Translations under genes and position numbers: made by a program | Notes under the pieces: generated by a model | The model's input: only the letters and a program-made list of their open reading frames with translations | Told to the model about the DNA's origin: nothing | Database searches by the model: none | Shown: positions 1 to 9,439 of the stretch, one piece after another | Layout of the letters: the number at the start of each line of letters is the position of its first letter | Numbering within the stretch: the first letter of the stretch is position 1 | IMG/VR virus record: IMGVR_UViG_3300031456_000001 | Span: 21,080-85,079 of that record | Direction: 5' to 3' (one strand) | DNA length: 64,000 nucleotides | Source: a virus

Positions 1-653
1 TACGAATTTGTGACACACCGCCCGTCCTTCGACACGGTACGTGAGCGGGGCCGCGTCTGCGTCGGCTCACTGTCGGCCCGCAGCATCGCAGGCCCCTCAG
101 CGCCTCCAGGAGCCCCCGGGGTGTCCGTACCCCCCGCCGGGGCGCCCTGGGCGCTCTGCGTGGCGCTGGCGGCCGCCGCCGGGGCTGTTGCGTCCTGGCT
201 GACCACCGGGCAGCCGCACCGTTCGACGTCACCGGGGGTCGCCCATGCCCCCCGCTTCTCGGCGCAGACGTGCCGCCGCCACCCGGCCGTGTCCAGCTGG
301 GGGTCGAACGCGTTCTGGGCCTGCCGGCGCGCCTTCAGGAACCCCGGTGAGGCGTCTTTCAGCAGCTCGTCGGCCTTCGGGTGGTAGTACAGCGCCCAGA
401 ACAGCCGCGCCCCGGCTTTCGCCTGGGAGGCTACCGGGGCTACGGGTCGGCCGGCGGCCACGTAGGGCCGTGGCACGTCGATCCGGTCGGCTGCGGCCCG
501 CAGCGCCGCGGCGGCGGCCGCCGGGTCTTCGGTGATGACCCGCAGCACGGTCCGGCTCGTGCCGGCGGCGTCGTCGTGCCGGTGCAGTTCCGCAGCCCAG
601 CGCACCTGTGGCGTCTCTTCGTCGGCCTGCCCGTCCAGTTCATTCTCACTCAC
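1..653 (-). CDS. Hypothetical protein, runs off the left edge
   Basis: GTG at 653 with GGAGA RBS; reads MSENELDGQADEETPQVRW... and stays open to position 1; absent from the ORF track. Confidence 0.6.
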   Translation of the reverse strand, partial: MSENELDGQADEETPQVRWAAELHRHDDAAGTSRTVLRVITEDPAAAAAALRAAADRIDVPRPYVAAGRPVAPVASQAKAGARLFWALYYHPKADELLKDASPGFLKARRQAQNAFDPQLDTAGWRRHVCAEKRGAWATPGDVERCGCPVVSQDATAPAAAASATQSAQGAPAGGTDTPGAPGGAEGPAMLRADSEPTQTRPRSRTVSKDGRCVTNS

Positions 654-741
654 CGCGTTGTCTCCGTCACTCTCTGTTCGCCGATTCCATATGTCCAGAA
701 TGTCACTTATGTGGATCAATTCCGCTAAGCGGACCGACCGG

Positions 742-2265
742 TCACCATCCGAGAATCAGCTGTTCTGCAGGTAGGGCAGGTGCTGGGTATTCGTCAGGCA
801 ATGTCATGCCGGGAGACTGGGGTCCCACCTGACCGAGAAGGTTGGGTTTCAGGTGGACCTTGCATCCGGCCTCCCTGGCCTGGGCGACGATGCGCGCCAC
901 CCATTCGAAGGGTGGCGCGAACGCTGGGACCACGCCGTTCGGCTGCCGTGTCTCGGTCTGTGCGCCGATGACTACCCAGTCGAACATCGAGAGGTCAGTG
1001 AATTCGAGGGGTTCCCGCAGTGGCTCCAGGGACAGCCAGCGAACGGCGACCCCTTCAATCTGGCGGAAGGCGTCTTCGGCGATCCGCACCCGCTTCTGCT
1101 CGTCCACCGAGGTGCCGATCCACGCTGTGGCGGGCAGTTGGAGTCCGACATAGCGTGACGGAAACTTGGTGAGCATGAGGTACTGCCAGCGCAGCTCCCG
1201 TGCGCAGGCGGTCAGTACCTGGTCGATCCACTCGTCAGGCACCCAACGACCGAACAGATCGGCCATGGAGCAAACGAAAACCCGCTGAAGACTGGAATCT
1301 CGGGCGATGTCGGCCGGCGAGGGAACCGTGGTGTTGACGGGGGCGTCGAGCCGCTCATGGTGGAACAAGGGGGTGAATCCGACGGGATAGGCGGCGGCAT
1401 AGCTGGGCTTGACGGCCAGTTCGCGGGCGTAGCAGTAGTCGCAGCCGTGCAGGCAGCCGGTTACCGGGTTCCAGGACCAGCCCGCCCACGAGATGCCTTC
1501 GCCGGTGGTCCGGTTGAACGTCGCCTTGGCCTTGGGCTGCGGGTAGGGCACTTCGCGGCCGGCGTGGGTGCGAAGGGTGAGCATGACGGGTCCGGACCGG
1601 CCGGTCGGTGCCGGTGTGGTCGGTTCCGGTTTCGGCTCGGCACGCAGCCGCCGGGTGGCCTGTTTCGCGGCGGCGTCCAGGGACATGGCACCGGACCGTA
1701 CGGCGGGGATCAGGTCGGGCGCGGCGCGCTCGACCTTTTTGGCCTGCTGGACGGAACGGCCGGAGGCGCCTACCGCAGCGGCGGCGCGTTCACGAGACTC
1801 GCGCTCACGGCGAGCCGGCGGCTCCGACGATCCAGCTTCCGGCAGGTCTGCCGGAAGCTCCGTCCGTTTTGCCGGTTCCGGAAACTTCGACCTGGCCTGA
1901 CCTGCTTCGCGCTGCCGCTCCTTCGCCTGCGGCGCGTACCGGCGCTCATACGCGAGCGCGATCACAGCCCGCTGCCCCGGGTTCAGGTGCCGTCGCTCCA
2001 CATTGGTCGAGATGATGTAGTCGGCGATCATCTGATCCGTGTAGCGCTCCGGCAGGTGTTCGAACACCGGATCAAGATTCGCCGCGAGGCAGGCCCGGTA
2101 ACGATTCCGCCCGTCAACCAGGGTGTTGCCGTCGTAGGTGAGGACGATGGGGCGACGAAGCCCCTGTCGCCGGATGTCGACGACGAGCGCCCCGAACTCC
2201 CCGCCCTCGATGAGTGGGAACTCATCCGCGAAAGGGTGGACCGCGTAGGGCCCGAGTGTCGTCAC
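742..2265 (-). CDS. ParB/Srx-like N-terminal domain fused to DUF5131 (Gp37/Gp68-like, radical SAM-like) domain
   Basis: ParB motifs (DIRRQGLRRPI, LVDGRNRYRAC, NVERRHL); C-terminal WNPVTGCLHGCDYCYA, VFVCSMADLF, LTK, WLSLEPL, DWVVIG; GTG overlaps the upstream TGA. Confidence 0.85.
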   Translation of the reverse strand: MTTLGPYAVHPFADEFPLIEGGEFGALVVDIRRQGLRRPIVLTYDGNTLVDGRNRYRACLAANLDPVFEHLPERYTDQMIADYIISTNVERRHLNPGQRAVIALAYERRYAPQAKERQREAGQARSKFPEPAKRTELPADLPEAGSSEPPARRERESRERAAAAVGASGRSVQQAKKVERAAPDLIPAVRSGAMSLDAAAKQATRRLRAEPKPEPTTPAPTGRSGPVMLTLRTHAGREVPYPQPKAKATFNRTTGEGISWAGWSWNPVTGCLHGCDYCYARELAVKPSYAAAYPVGFTPLFHHERLDAPVNTTVPSPADIARDSSLQRVFVCSMADLFGRWVPDEWIDQVLTACARELRWQYLMLTKFPSRYVGLQLPATAWIGTSVDEQKRVRIAEDAFRQIEGVAVRWLSLEPLREPLEFTDLSMFDWVVIGAQTETRQPNGVVPAFAPPFEWVARIVAQAREAGCKVHLKPNLLGQVGPQSPGMTLPDEYPAPALPAEQLILGW

Positions 2266-3191
2266 ATCCGCTCCTTCTTCGTCAGGAACAGCTCGTCGAG
2301 CAGGGCGCGAAATCCTGCCGGATCGCGACGCAGCCACACCTTCCGCATCGTCATGCCGTGAGCGGTGAATGCTTTGTCGACATCGTCTTCAGCCCGCTCC
2401 CCCCAGGCGTTGGCCTCTTCCACCAGGTAGGCCCACTGCGAGTCGTCCCGCTCGATCGCCGCCAGCAGAAGATCGTGATGGGGGTACAGCCCGTCCGCCG
2501 CCTGCTGTACCAGTCCATACCACTGACCGCGCTCCTCGCGGTTGAGGCGCTTCAACCCTTTCGCGTTGCATCCCATCGTGGAGATCCCCCGGAACCAGGG
2601 GGTGCGCTCCCGGATCTCCGCCACAAAGGTGGGTCGCATGGCCCACGTGTTGATGGCGTTCGGGTCGTTGACCACGACGACGGCCGTACGTGCGGTGACA
2701 TCTTCGACGGAGGCTCCGGCGCCGTCCGCATTGAAACTCCTCACCTGCGAGTAGCCGCGCCACCAGTGGTCACCGTTCCAGCCGTAGGCCACCGACTCGC
2801 CCCGGCGACCCTCCAGGCGCGGCAGATGGTCGTGGAGATTCCCGTCGAGGCGGTCGAACGTGGCCGGCTGGATCTCATGCAGGCGAACCCTGATCCGCTT
2901 GTGTGCCGCCGTGGCATGGTAGGCCAGCAGGCCGGGTGAACAGTTCGACCACCATGGACCCTCGGCCAGGTACGGCACGCCGTCCCCCGCGGTCAGGTCA
3001 AGCCACAGATGCTCGTCGAACCCGCGGATATGCCTGCCCGCCCCCACCTCCCGACCGATCAGCCGGCCCATGAGCGCGTGCTTGGCCGGGGTCCGCACGC
3101 TGTGCCCGACATTCCGGCTTCCCCGCAGGGGTCGACGTTTCGACGTCACCCCTTCCCCCTCCCCGAAGGGCAGCTCGTCCTGCGGGGTCAT
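2262..3191 (-). CDS. Divergent three-Cys-motif partner (TcmP-like) protein, SAM-methyltransferase fold
   Basis: TPAKHALM, LWLDLTAGDG, SPGLL, HEI and VVNDPN parallel TcmP motifs; directly upstream of DUF5131; ATGA-coupled. Confidence 0.6.
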   Translation of the reverse strand: MTPQDELPFGEGEGVTSKRRPLRGSRNVGHSVRTPAKHALMGRLIGREVGAGRHIRGFDEHLWLDLTAGDGVPYLAEGPWWSNCSPGLLAYHATAAHKRIRVRLHEIQPATFDRLDGNLHDHLPRLEGRRGESVAYGWNGDHWWRGYSQVRSFNADGAGASVEDVTARTAVVVVNDPNAINTWAMRPTFVAEIRERTPWFRGISTMGCNAKGLKRLNREERGQWYGLVQQAADGLYPHHDLLLAAIERDDSQWAYLVEEANAWGERAEDDVDKAFTAHGMTMRKVWLRRDPAGFRALLDELFLTKKERM

Positions 3192-3346
3192 GTCGTCGTC
3201 ACCCGCTCGGCGTGCTCCTTCTCCCTGACGATCATCTGCTCGACGAACTCCGTCACCGACATCCGGCGCCGCAACGCCTCGATCTTCAACCACTCCAACG
3301 TGCTCAGCCGCAGCCGTAGCGACGTGGGCCTGCGTTCCTCATCCAT
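3188..3346 (-). CDS. Ribbon-helix-helix-like DNA-binding protein (52 aa)
   Basis: MDEERRPTSLRLRLSTLEWLKIEALRRRMSVTEFVEQMI; stop overlaps the next ATG; below the ORF-track cutoff. Confidence 0.65.
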   Translation of the reverse strand: MDEERRPTSLRLRLSTLEWLKIEALRRRMSVTEFVEQMIVREKEHAERVTTT

Positions 3347-3410
3347 GTCGCGAAACTATCACGTCGCGAGGGTGGTTCGAACGCCCCCCGAACGTATGGC
3401 CCCCACCCGG

Positions 3411-3698
3411 CCCGCACACGTTCACCACTTCTAAAGAGTGGTGAAACGTGTGTGCGGGTGTGTGCCGGCGTGTGTGAGGTGCCGTGTGCGTATCTGACCT
3501 GGGGAAATGAAGATCGCGTGTGAGGGCGTGTGACCCCTCGTATGCGGATCATGGGGTCACACGCGTGTGCGGAGTGTAGGCAGACTACGCATGAGGCTGA
3601 GTTTTACCTGGTCAGCATGCATGCTTGATCAACTAGCCGTTTCCACATGATGGGAAACGGTCATTTCGCTGTGATGCGTTATCCACAAGTGATCCACT
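3411..3698. other. Candidate replication origin
   Basis: AT-richer intergenic DNA after the helicase gene; TTATCCACA at 3679-3687; inverted repeats at 3411-3458 and 3639-3659. Confidence 0.45.
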
Positions 3699-5043
3699 AG
3701 AACAGCGTCCCCCCGAGCCCGTCCTCCTGCCGGCCGCCGTGCGGCTGCGGCGGCTGCATGCCGAGCACCACCCGCCAACGCTTCAGGTTGTCGGCCCGGT
3801 CTGGCGCCATCTCCAACACACCCTGCTTCATCCGCGTGTTGAGCTGATTACGGGCCGCATTCACGCTCAGGCCGACATACCGGGCATAGTCGCCTGCGGT
3901 GATCCCGCCCGCACCTGCCCCCTTGATCCAGGCGATCGGGTTGAGGTGGACGGAGGCGCCCATCGTGCCCTCCGTCTTGTCCACGGTCACCTCCTGCTCG
4001 GCGATGAACTCCCCCGGCGACTTCACCTGACGCACGTGCACCAACGTCGAGCCCTCCTCGTCGACCCACATCGACACCACCGACCCGGCCCCGGCCGTCA
4101 ACCAGCGCGAGCCGTACACGTCGTCGATGCCGTTGGTCCGCTGCTGCCCCTGCTGGATCTTCCGGTTGTGGTGATCCTCGACCCACTGCATGCCCCGGGC
4201 CACACACTCCTGCCTGGCCCGGTTGTAGCCGTTCGCCGACTCGTCGTCCGACGGCTTCGGGCAGTAGTCCTTCACGCTGTCCACGAACACGTCCGAACAC
4301 TTGTGCGGCTGCGCCTGCGCCATGTCCGCCAGGGCGTCCTTCTCCGTGGTCAGGTCGAACGGCAGCGGCCCGTCATGCACCAGCAGATGATCACGCAGCA
4401 CGTCGGCCATCCAGTCCCGCCGGTGCCGGCGCATCGCCCGCCGGATCTGCCGCGGCCGGTCCCCGGCCAGGTACAGCACCAGCCCGGCCAGGTCCATGGG
4501 CCGCACCGGCATGCCCAGCACCGCCCCCCAGTCGTCGGGGTGGTCGTCGGGGCCGACCCGCCGGTGGTCAGCGCGGGGCCGCCCGTCCGGCCCGAGGAGA
4601 CCCAGCCGGGCGAACACCAGCAGATGCGACAGCGTCGACTTGAACACGCCGTTGCCGCCGAACAGCATCAGCGGCTCCCCGGGCGCCCACACCACACCGC
4701 CGCCGGGCGCCCCCCACACCTGCTCGTCGCCGTCGGCGTCTTCGGCGAGGAACTCCCACCCGTCGAGGAGGCGCAGTTTCCGGGCCGCCCGCAGCGCCGC
4801 GAACTCTTCGGCGTCGATCTCCTTGCGGACCCTGCGCCGGTTGCGTTCCGATTTGCGCTGCCGGGCCAGCTCGCGTTGCTCCTCCGCGTCGGCGAGCTGC
4901 CTCCGGCGCTCCTCCTCCTCCTCGGCGGTGAGGCCCGACTCGGTATCCGGCGGCGGGCCGTTCGACGGGTTGTCGGGCTGACCACCGGGGGGCGTGTCGC
5001 CTTCAGCGGCCGACCAGTCGAACGGGGGGGCGTCGTCGGTCAC
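3697..5043 (-). CDS. RecA-fold (AAA_25/RepA-like) helicase with C-terminal wHTH
   Basis: Walker A GGNGVFKST, Walker B VFVDS, HHNRK, YGS; GTG coupled to the Prim-Pol stop. Confidence 0.8.
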   Translation of the reverse strand: MTDDAPPFDWSAAEGDTPPGGQPDNPSNGPPPDTESGLTAEEEEERRRQLADAEEQRELARQRKSERNRRRVRKEIDAEEFAALRAARKLRLLDGWEFLAEDADGDEQVWGAPGGGVVWAPGEPLMLFGGNGVFKSTLSHLLVFARLGLLGPDGRPRADHRRVGPDDHPDDWGAVLGMPVRPMDLAGLVLYLAGDRPRQIRRAMRRHRRDWMADVLRDHLLVHDGPLPFDLTTEKDALADMAQAQPHKCSDVFVDSVKDYCPKPSDDESANGYNRARQECVARGMQWVEDHHNRKIQQGQQRTNGIDDVYGSRWLTAGAGSVVSMWVDEEGSTLVHVRQVKSPGEFIAEQEVTVDKTEGTMGASVHLNPIAWIKGAGAGGITAGDYARYVGLSVNAARNQLNTRMKQGVLEMAPDRADNLKRWRVVLGMQPPQPHGGRQEDGLGGTLF

Positions 5044-5918
5044 ACGCCACCACCGAGGATCTTGCCGGTGGCCGATGCGATGGTCTTGCGGACCTCGGCG
5101 TCGCCGAGCCCGGACAGGATGGCCTCCGAGCGCAGGTCGCCGAGCCGGTCGGTGCCGTAGCCGGATTCGAGAATGCGGCACGCGGCCCAGTACAGCGACT
5201 CGTTGCGGTTGCCGGCGGTCTGCTGCGCGAACCAGCGGATGAGCGGTTCCGCATGGTCGGTGAAGGCCGTCTGTGTCAGGTCGCGCGGCGGCGGCGGCGG
5301 GTTCAGGAAGTCGCGCACGTCCAGCCAGGACAGCAGTCCGTCTTTAGCCAGGTCGAACCACGACCACCGGTAGAACAGCGGCCCAACCTGCGAGCAGGGC
5401 GCGGCCACATAGCCGCCGCAGGAACGGAAGTCGATGCCGTGTTTCTTCAGGCAGGCCGACTGCTGGCCGGTGCCGTCGTAGTAGAAGTGCCAGCCGCCGG
5501 ACGGGGTGACGACCGCGGCGAACGCCCCGGTGGTCAGCCCGACCTCACGGAGCCGCCCGAACGACACCTTGCCGGGGGCGCCGCCTTTGACGTCCACGTC
5601 GAGCACGTCCGGCGACGAGGTGCCCGGCCCGCCGGGGGAGCCGGTGGCGATGCCGATGTTGCACCGCGGGTCCCGCGCCCACCACCGGGCCACCCGTTCG
5701 ACGTCGGCGGTGGCGTCTTTGAAGCCGTGGCCGAGCCGGCCGCAGACCTGACCACCGGGGCAGGCGGCCTGTTCGGCGTCGTCGGCGTGGGCACGGCGGA
5801 ACCGGGGGACTTTGCCGCCGGGGACGAGGGGGAACACCCGCCAGCCGAGGACGGCGTATGCGGCGGCCGCCCCGGCGAGGGTCTCCGGCAGTTCGGTGGC
5901 GGTGCTGACGCTGCCCAT
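5040..5918 (-). CDS. Bifunctional DNA primase/polymerase (Prim-Pol)
   Basis: GWRVFPL..GGKVP, HGFKDAT, NIGIATG, VLDVD, TPSGGWHFYY, GIDFR..GGYVAAP, GNRNESL. Confidence 0.92.
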   Translation of the reverse strand: MGSVSTATELPETLAGAAAAYAVLGWRVFPLVPGGKVPRFRRAHADDAEQAACPGGQVCGRLGHGFKDATADVERVARWWARDPRCNIGIATGSPGGPGTSSPDVLDVDVKGGAPGKVSFGRLREVGLTTGAFAAVVTPSGGWHFYYDGTGQQSACLKKHGIDFRSCGGYVAAPCSQVGPLFYRWSWFDLAKDGLLSWLDVRDFLNPPPPPRDLTQTAFTDHAEPLIRWFAQQTAGNRNESLYWAACRILESGYGTDRLGDLRSEAILSGLGDAEVRKTIASATGKILGGGV

Positions 5919-5987
5919 CTATGCTCTCCCTGCTGGCTACGAATGGGTGTTCGGGGGCTGCCGCCTGGATCGCGGTGGCCCCCACTG

Positions 5988-6215
5988 CTACCGGCGGTAG
6001 AACGCCCCGACCTCCACCCCGTACAGCCCGGCGAGCACGCCGAGGATCGACGAGGGTACATCGATGAGGCCGGTCTCGTATTTGCCGACGGTCACCCAGT
6101 GCCGGTCGATGTGGGCGGCGACGTCGCGCAGGCTCATGCCGGCCCGGTCGCGCGCGGCGCGCAGGGCGTCACGGTCCAGGACGTGGACAGGGTGGAGTGC
6201 CGCCGGAGCGGTCAT
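5988..6215 (-). CDS. XRE-family HTH protein (Cro-like)
   Basis: LRAARDRAGMSLRDVAAHIDRHWVTVGKYETG. Confidence 0.85.
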   Translation of the reverse strand: MTAPAALHPVHVLDRDALRAARDRAGMSLRDVAAHIDRHWVTVGKYETGLIDVPSSILGVLAGLYGVEVGAFYRR

Positions 6216-6450
6216 GGGGGTGCCTTTCGGTCATCTCGCCAGGGGGCGATCACGTCGAGGGATGCGAGCCTAACCGAACCCCGCCCGTAAGGCCAGGGGC
6301 TACAGGGCCGTGTCGCCGGGGCCCGGCTGCCGGTCTGGCCGCTGGCCAGGATCGGCCTGACCCGGCTACCATCGGTCGTAGATCGGGTTGGTCTCCGCCC
6401 CGTTGATCGGTGTGTGTGACCTGCTGGTTCCTTTCTTGTGGTGGGAGAGG

Positions 6451-6495
6451 GAGAACCCCCGCCGTTCCCTTACGAGGGGCGCGACGGGGGTTCTC
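6451..6495. terminator. Hairpin or putative terminator
   Basis: GAGAACCCCCG...CGGGGGTTCTC, an 11-bp inverted repeat. Confidence 0.45.
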
Positions 6496-6660
6496 CGTGT
6501 CCGGGGCCGATGTGCCGCGGGTGGTGTCGGCAAGTCGATGTGCCGCGGGCGGCTGCTGACAGGGCATGTCGGGCCGGCGGGGACGGGGTAGCAACCAGGC
6601 AGGTCGGTTGAGACTGCAGCGGTCCGTCGGGTAAGGCCGGGGTGCCCGGGGGGAGGCTAG

Positions 6661-6879
6661 TCAGAGGGCGAGGAGCAGGCCGAGTACGGCGACGGCGGCG
6701 AGGATGACGACGACGGCGAAGTCGGCGTAGCCGGGCAGCGTCGCGGCGGCGGGTGTCGCAGCGGGCAGGGGCGGGAAGGGCGGGCATGTCGCGGGGGAAG
6801 GGGGTGGCGGGTCGGCGTTCACCGCGGGTCGGGTCGACGTGTCGGCGGAACCGTGGTGGATAGGTGAGTCGGTCGGCAT
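6661..6879 (-). CDS. Small membrane protein (start uncertain)
   Basis: C-terminal hydrophobic helix FAVVVILAAVAVLGLLLAL; AGGAG before the ATG at 6879. Confidence 0.4.
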   Translation of the reverse strand: MPTDSPIHHGSADTSTRPAVNADPPPPSPATCPPFPPLPAATPAAATLPGYADFAVVVILAAVAVLGLLLAL

Positions 6880-7250
6880 GTCGGCTCCTGGTTGGGACGT
6901 CCGGACGGGGGTGGTCGGTCGGGCCGGGGTGATGGGGTCGGATCGATGGCACGGTACGTCGGCGGGGTCGCGGGTCGGGGGTGTTCTTGCGGGGCCCGTC
7001 GTCGCGAGGTGGGCTCGGCAAGGCGTGTCGGATCGCAGAGAGTGGGTGCGGGTCGTCGGTGTGGGCTTGTGCGGGAAGGCGTGTCGGTGCGGGCCCGGGA
7101 TGGCATGTCGACCGGTGTGTATCGGCAAGGAATGTGACCGGAAAAGGCCGTCGGGGCATGTCGGGTGGATGTGTGGCGCCGGAAAGGTCGGGGGGCGGGG
7201 CGGGCCGGGAAGTCGAGCCGGGTACGGGGTGGGAAGGCTGGTCGGCACGT

Positions 7251-7595
7251 TCAGGCCGGCGGTGCGGGTTTCCAGTCGGGGTGGTGGTGGGTGCTGTAGC
7301 AGCCGACGGCGTGCAGCCAGGACCGGCACCGCGCGCACCACACCATCGGCGCCGCCACGGTGGCGATCTCCTGCACCGGCCGGGTGCCGTCGCGCCGCGG
7401 GTCGGGGGCGAACTGGGCCGGGTCGGGTATCCGCTGGTCGGGCATGCGGTGGTCGCGGCCGCCGCAGCCGGCACAGTCGGCGTCGGTGGCCGTCGAGGCG
7501 TCCGGGGTGGTGTCGCGTTCTGCGGTGAACGCGAGCCGCCCGACGAGCCGGGCCAGGTCGAGCCGCGGGAACGGCATGGGCAACGGGGACCGCAT
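7251..7595 (-). CDS. Hypothetical Cys-rich protein
   Basis: CAGC...CARC pairs; in series with neighbouring genes. Confidence 0.55.
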   Translation of the reverse strand: MRSPLPMPFPRLDLARLVGRLAFTAERDTTPDASTATDADCAGCGGRDHRMPDQRIPDPAQFAPDPRRDGTRPVQEIATVAAPMVWCARCRSWLHAVGCYSTHHHPDWKPAPPA

Positions 7596-7596
7596 T

Positions 7597-7833
7597 TCAG
7601 TCCTCTCTGGTGAACTGCTTGAACTCCAGCTCGTCGACCTGGTCGATGTCGAGGCTGAACCGGACCGGGTACTTGTTGAGGTGTGTGGTGTAGCCGGAGC
7701 ACTGGATGCAGAGGTCGGTGCCCGGCTCGTATTCGCCGTCGGCGAGCAGCGCGCGGGCCTCCTCCTCCGTGTCGGCGTGGATCTCGACGGATATCGATCC
7801 GGTGATCGGTAGGTCCAACTTCCAGACGGTCAT
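7597..7833 (-). CDS. Hypothetical protein
   Basis: First gene after a promoter cassette; AAGGAG RBS; VEIHADTEEEA motif. Confidence 0.7.
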   Translation of the reverse strand: MTVWKLDLPITGSISVEIHADTEEEARALLADGEYEPGTDLCIQCSGYTTHLNKYPVRFSLDIDQVDELEFKQFTRED

Positions 7834-7864
7834 CGCTTCCGCTCCTTCGCGTGGTGGAAACCCC

Positions 7865-7894
7865 ACAGTAGCAAAGTGTCATGCGGTGTGTCAA
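7865..7894 (-). promoter_or_regulatory. Repeated phage promoter/operator cassette
   Basis: TTGACA-N18-TACTGT. Confidence 0.75.
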
Positions 7895-7895
7895 T

Positions 7896-8408
7896 TCAGG
7901 GCTGGTGGACGGGCATCCAGGCGAACCAGCCGGCCATGATGCCGAAGGCGAGGACGGCGGCGGCGAGCACGAACCCGGCCAGCCCGAACAGGCAGAGGAT
8001 GCCGAGGTAGGCGCGGATCGCCTCCAGGACGTCCATGTGCCGCTGGTGGGCGTGCCGGCGGCGGGCTTCGGCGTCCGCGGCCCGCTGCCGGGCGGCGGCG
8101 ACCTCGGCGAGGGACGGTCCGGCGGTGGGCCGCCAGCCGAACAGTCCGCCGGGGCCGATCCGGCGGATCCGGTTGGTGGCCGCGGAGTCGGCGACCGCCT
8201 CGACCGCGGCGGTGGCCGGGCCGTATCTGCCGGGGGGCTGGACGCGCGGCGCGGGCGCGGTGCGTACCGGCTCCGGCGGCATCGGGGCGTTGCGCAGCGC
8301 GGGGCTGACGAGGACGGTGGGTGCGGCCAGGTCGCCGAGGCCGTCGAGGGCGAGCCGGGTGCGGCCGGCGCCGCGCACCCGGCGGTGTGTCTCGGTCTGA
8401 TGGTTCAT
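7896..8408 (-). CDS. Hypothetical membrane protein
   Basis: GGAGA RBS; C-terminal transmembrane segment. Confidence 0.6.
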   Translation of the reverse strand: MNHQTETHRRVRGAGRTRLALDGLGDLAAPTVLVSPALRNAPMPPEPVRTAPAPRVQPPGRYGPATAAVEAVADSAATNRIRRIGPGGLFGWRPTAGPSLAEVAAARQRAADAEARRRHAHQRHMDVLEAIRAYLGILCLFGLAGFVLAAAVLAFGIMAGWFAWMPVHQP

Positions 8409-8548
8409 GTCGGTGGTCTCCCGGGGCGGTGGTGGCTGCTGGGGCACGGGATCGGTTCGGCGATGCATAGTCGGCAGGGCTGTAGGCAGGGGTAGGCGTG
8501 TCGGCAGGGCGGGCGTGTGTGGGTGGGTGTGTCGGGACGGGACGGGTG

Positions 8549-9439
8549 CTAGTCGGTCGGCGTGTCCCCATGCTCGCCGAGTAGGTCGATGAATGTCGAG
8601 GGGCCGGTGCCGAGCAGCGCCGGCCACGTGCCGGTCGCCCGGCGGCACCGGTCGAGGAGTGTGCCGACCGCGACGGCGGTGTCGAGCGGTGGCGGCTCGT
8701 CGCCGATGACCGTGTCGACCCCGGCGAGCGCGCCGAGGCCGGGCAGCCGGTGGGCGTTGAGGACCGCAATCCAGATGCTGACACCGCCGTCGCCGGAACC
8801 GTCCCGTGGGCCGCCGTTGGCCTGCACCTGCGCACCGGCATCGACGAGCAGCCGCTCCAGAGCCTCCTCCGGGCCGGGTGCGGTGGTGGTGACGTCGAGG
8901 ACGACCCAGATGTCGAGCCGGCCGATGTACGCCGCCCACGGGGCGAGCCCGACGGTGTGCATGGCGTCCTGGGCGGTCTGCCCGTCGCCCGCCTCGATGA
9001 GGACCCGGCCGCCCATGCGGAGCACGCTGTCGCGGGCGGCGGCGGCGAGGTCGCCGATCTCGACAGGCGCCGGGATGATCAACCCAGCGCCGTAGTCCCC
9101 GCGGTGCTGGACGGTGACCCGGTGGCCGAGCCGGTTGAGCCGGCCGAGGTCGTCGGTCAGCCACCGCGGCTCGCCGGTGTAGGCGATGCCGAGGTTGGTG
9201 TCCGGGTGCTGCCACGCCGACGGCAGCACCGACAGCGCTACGGAGTCGGCCGGCGACCCGTACGGGTTGGGGCTGGCGTGCGCGACGTCGGACCCGTCGC
9301 TGACCACGGTGCGGATGGCGAGCCCGTCGCGCAGGCCGCGGCCGAGGCGCGCGGCGACCGGGCCGACGTCGACCCCGGGCGGACCGGTGACGACGGTGAC
9401 GGTGCCGGTGGCGCTGTTGCGGTTGCGATAGGTGCTCAT
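8549..9439 (-). CDS. Hypothetical protein
   Basis: 296-aa ORF coupled to the upstream stop. Confidence 0.65.
   Translation of the reverse strand: MSTYRNRNSATGTVTVVTGPPGVDVGPVAARLGRGLRDGLAIRTVVSDGSDVAHASPNPYGSPADSVALSVLPSAWQHPDTNLGIAYTGEPRWLTDDLGRLNRLGHRVTVQHRGDYGAGLIIPAPVEIGDLAAAARDSVLRMGGRVLIEAGDGQTAQDAMHTVGLAPWAAYIGRLDIWVVLDVTTTAPGPEEALERLLVDAGAQVQANGGPRDGSGDGGVSIWIAVLNAHRLPGLGALAGVDTVIGDEPPPLDTAVAVGTLLDRCRRATGTWPALLGTGPSTFIDLLGEHGDTPTD

Noticed and set aside
688-721. TTGATCCACATAAGTGACA as a fourteenth cassette copy
   Set aside because: The -35 is mismatched and spacing is one base longer; it may be a promoter but was not counted
3375-3400. Second LexA box upstream of the RHH gene (CGAACGTATG)
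   Set aside because: Only a half-site; the GTTCG arm is missing
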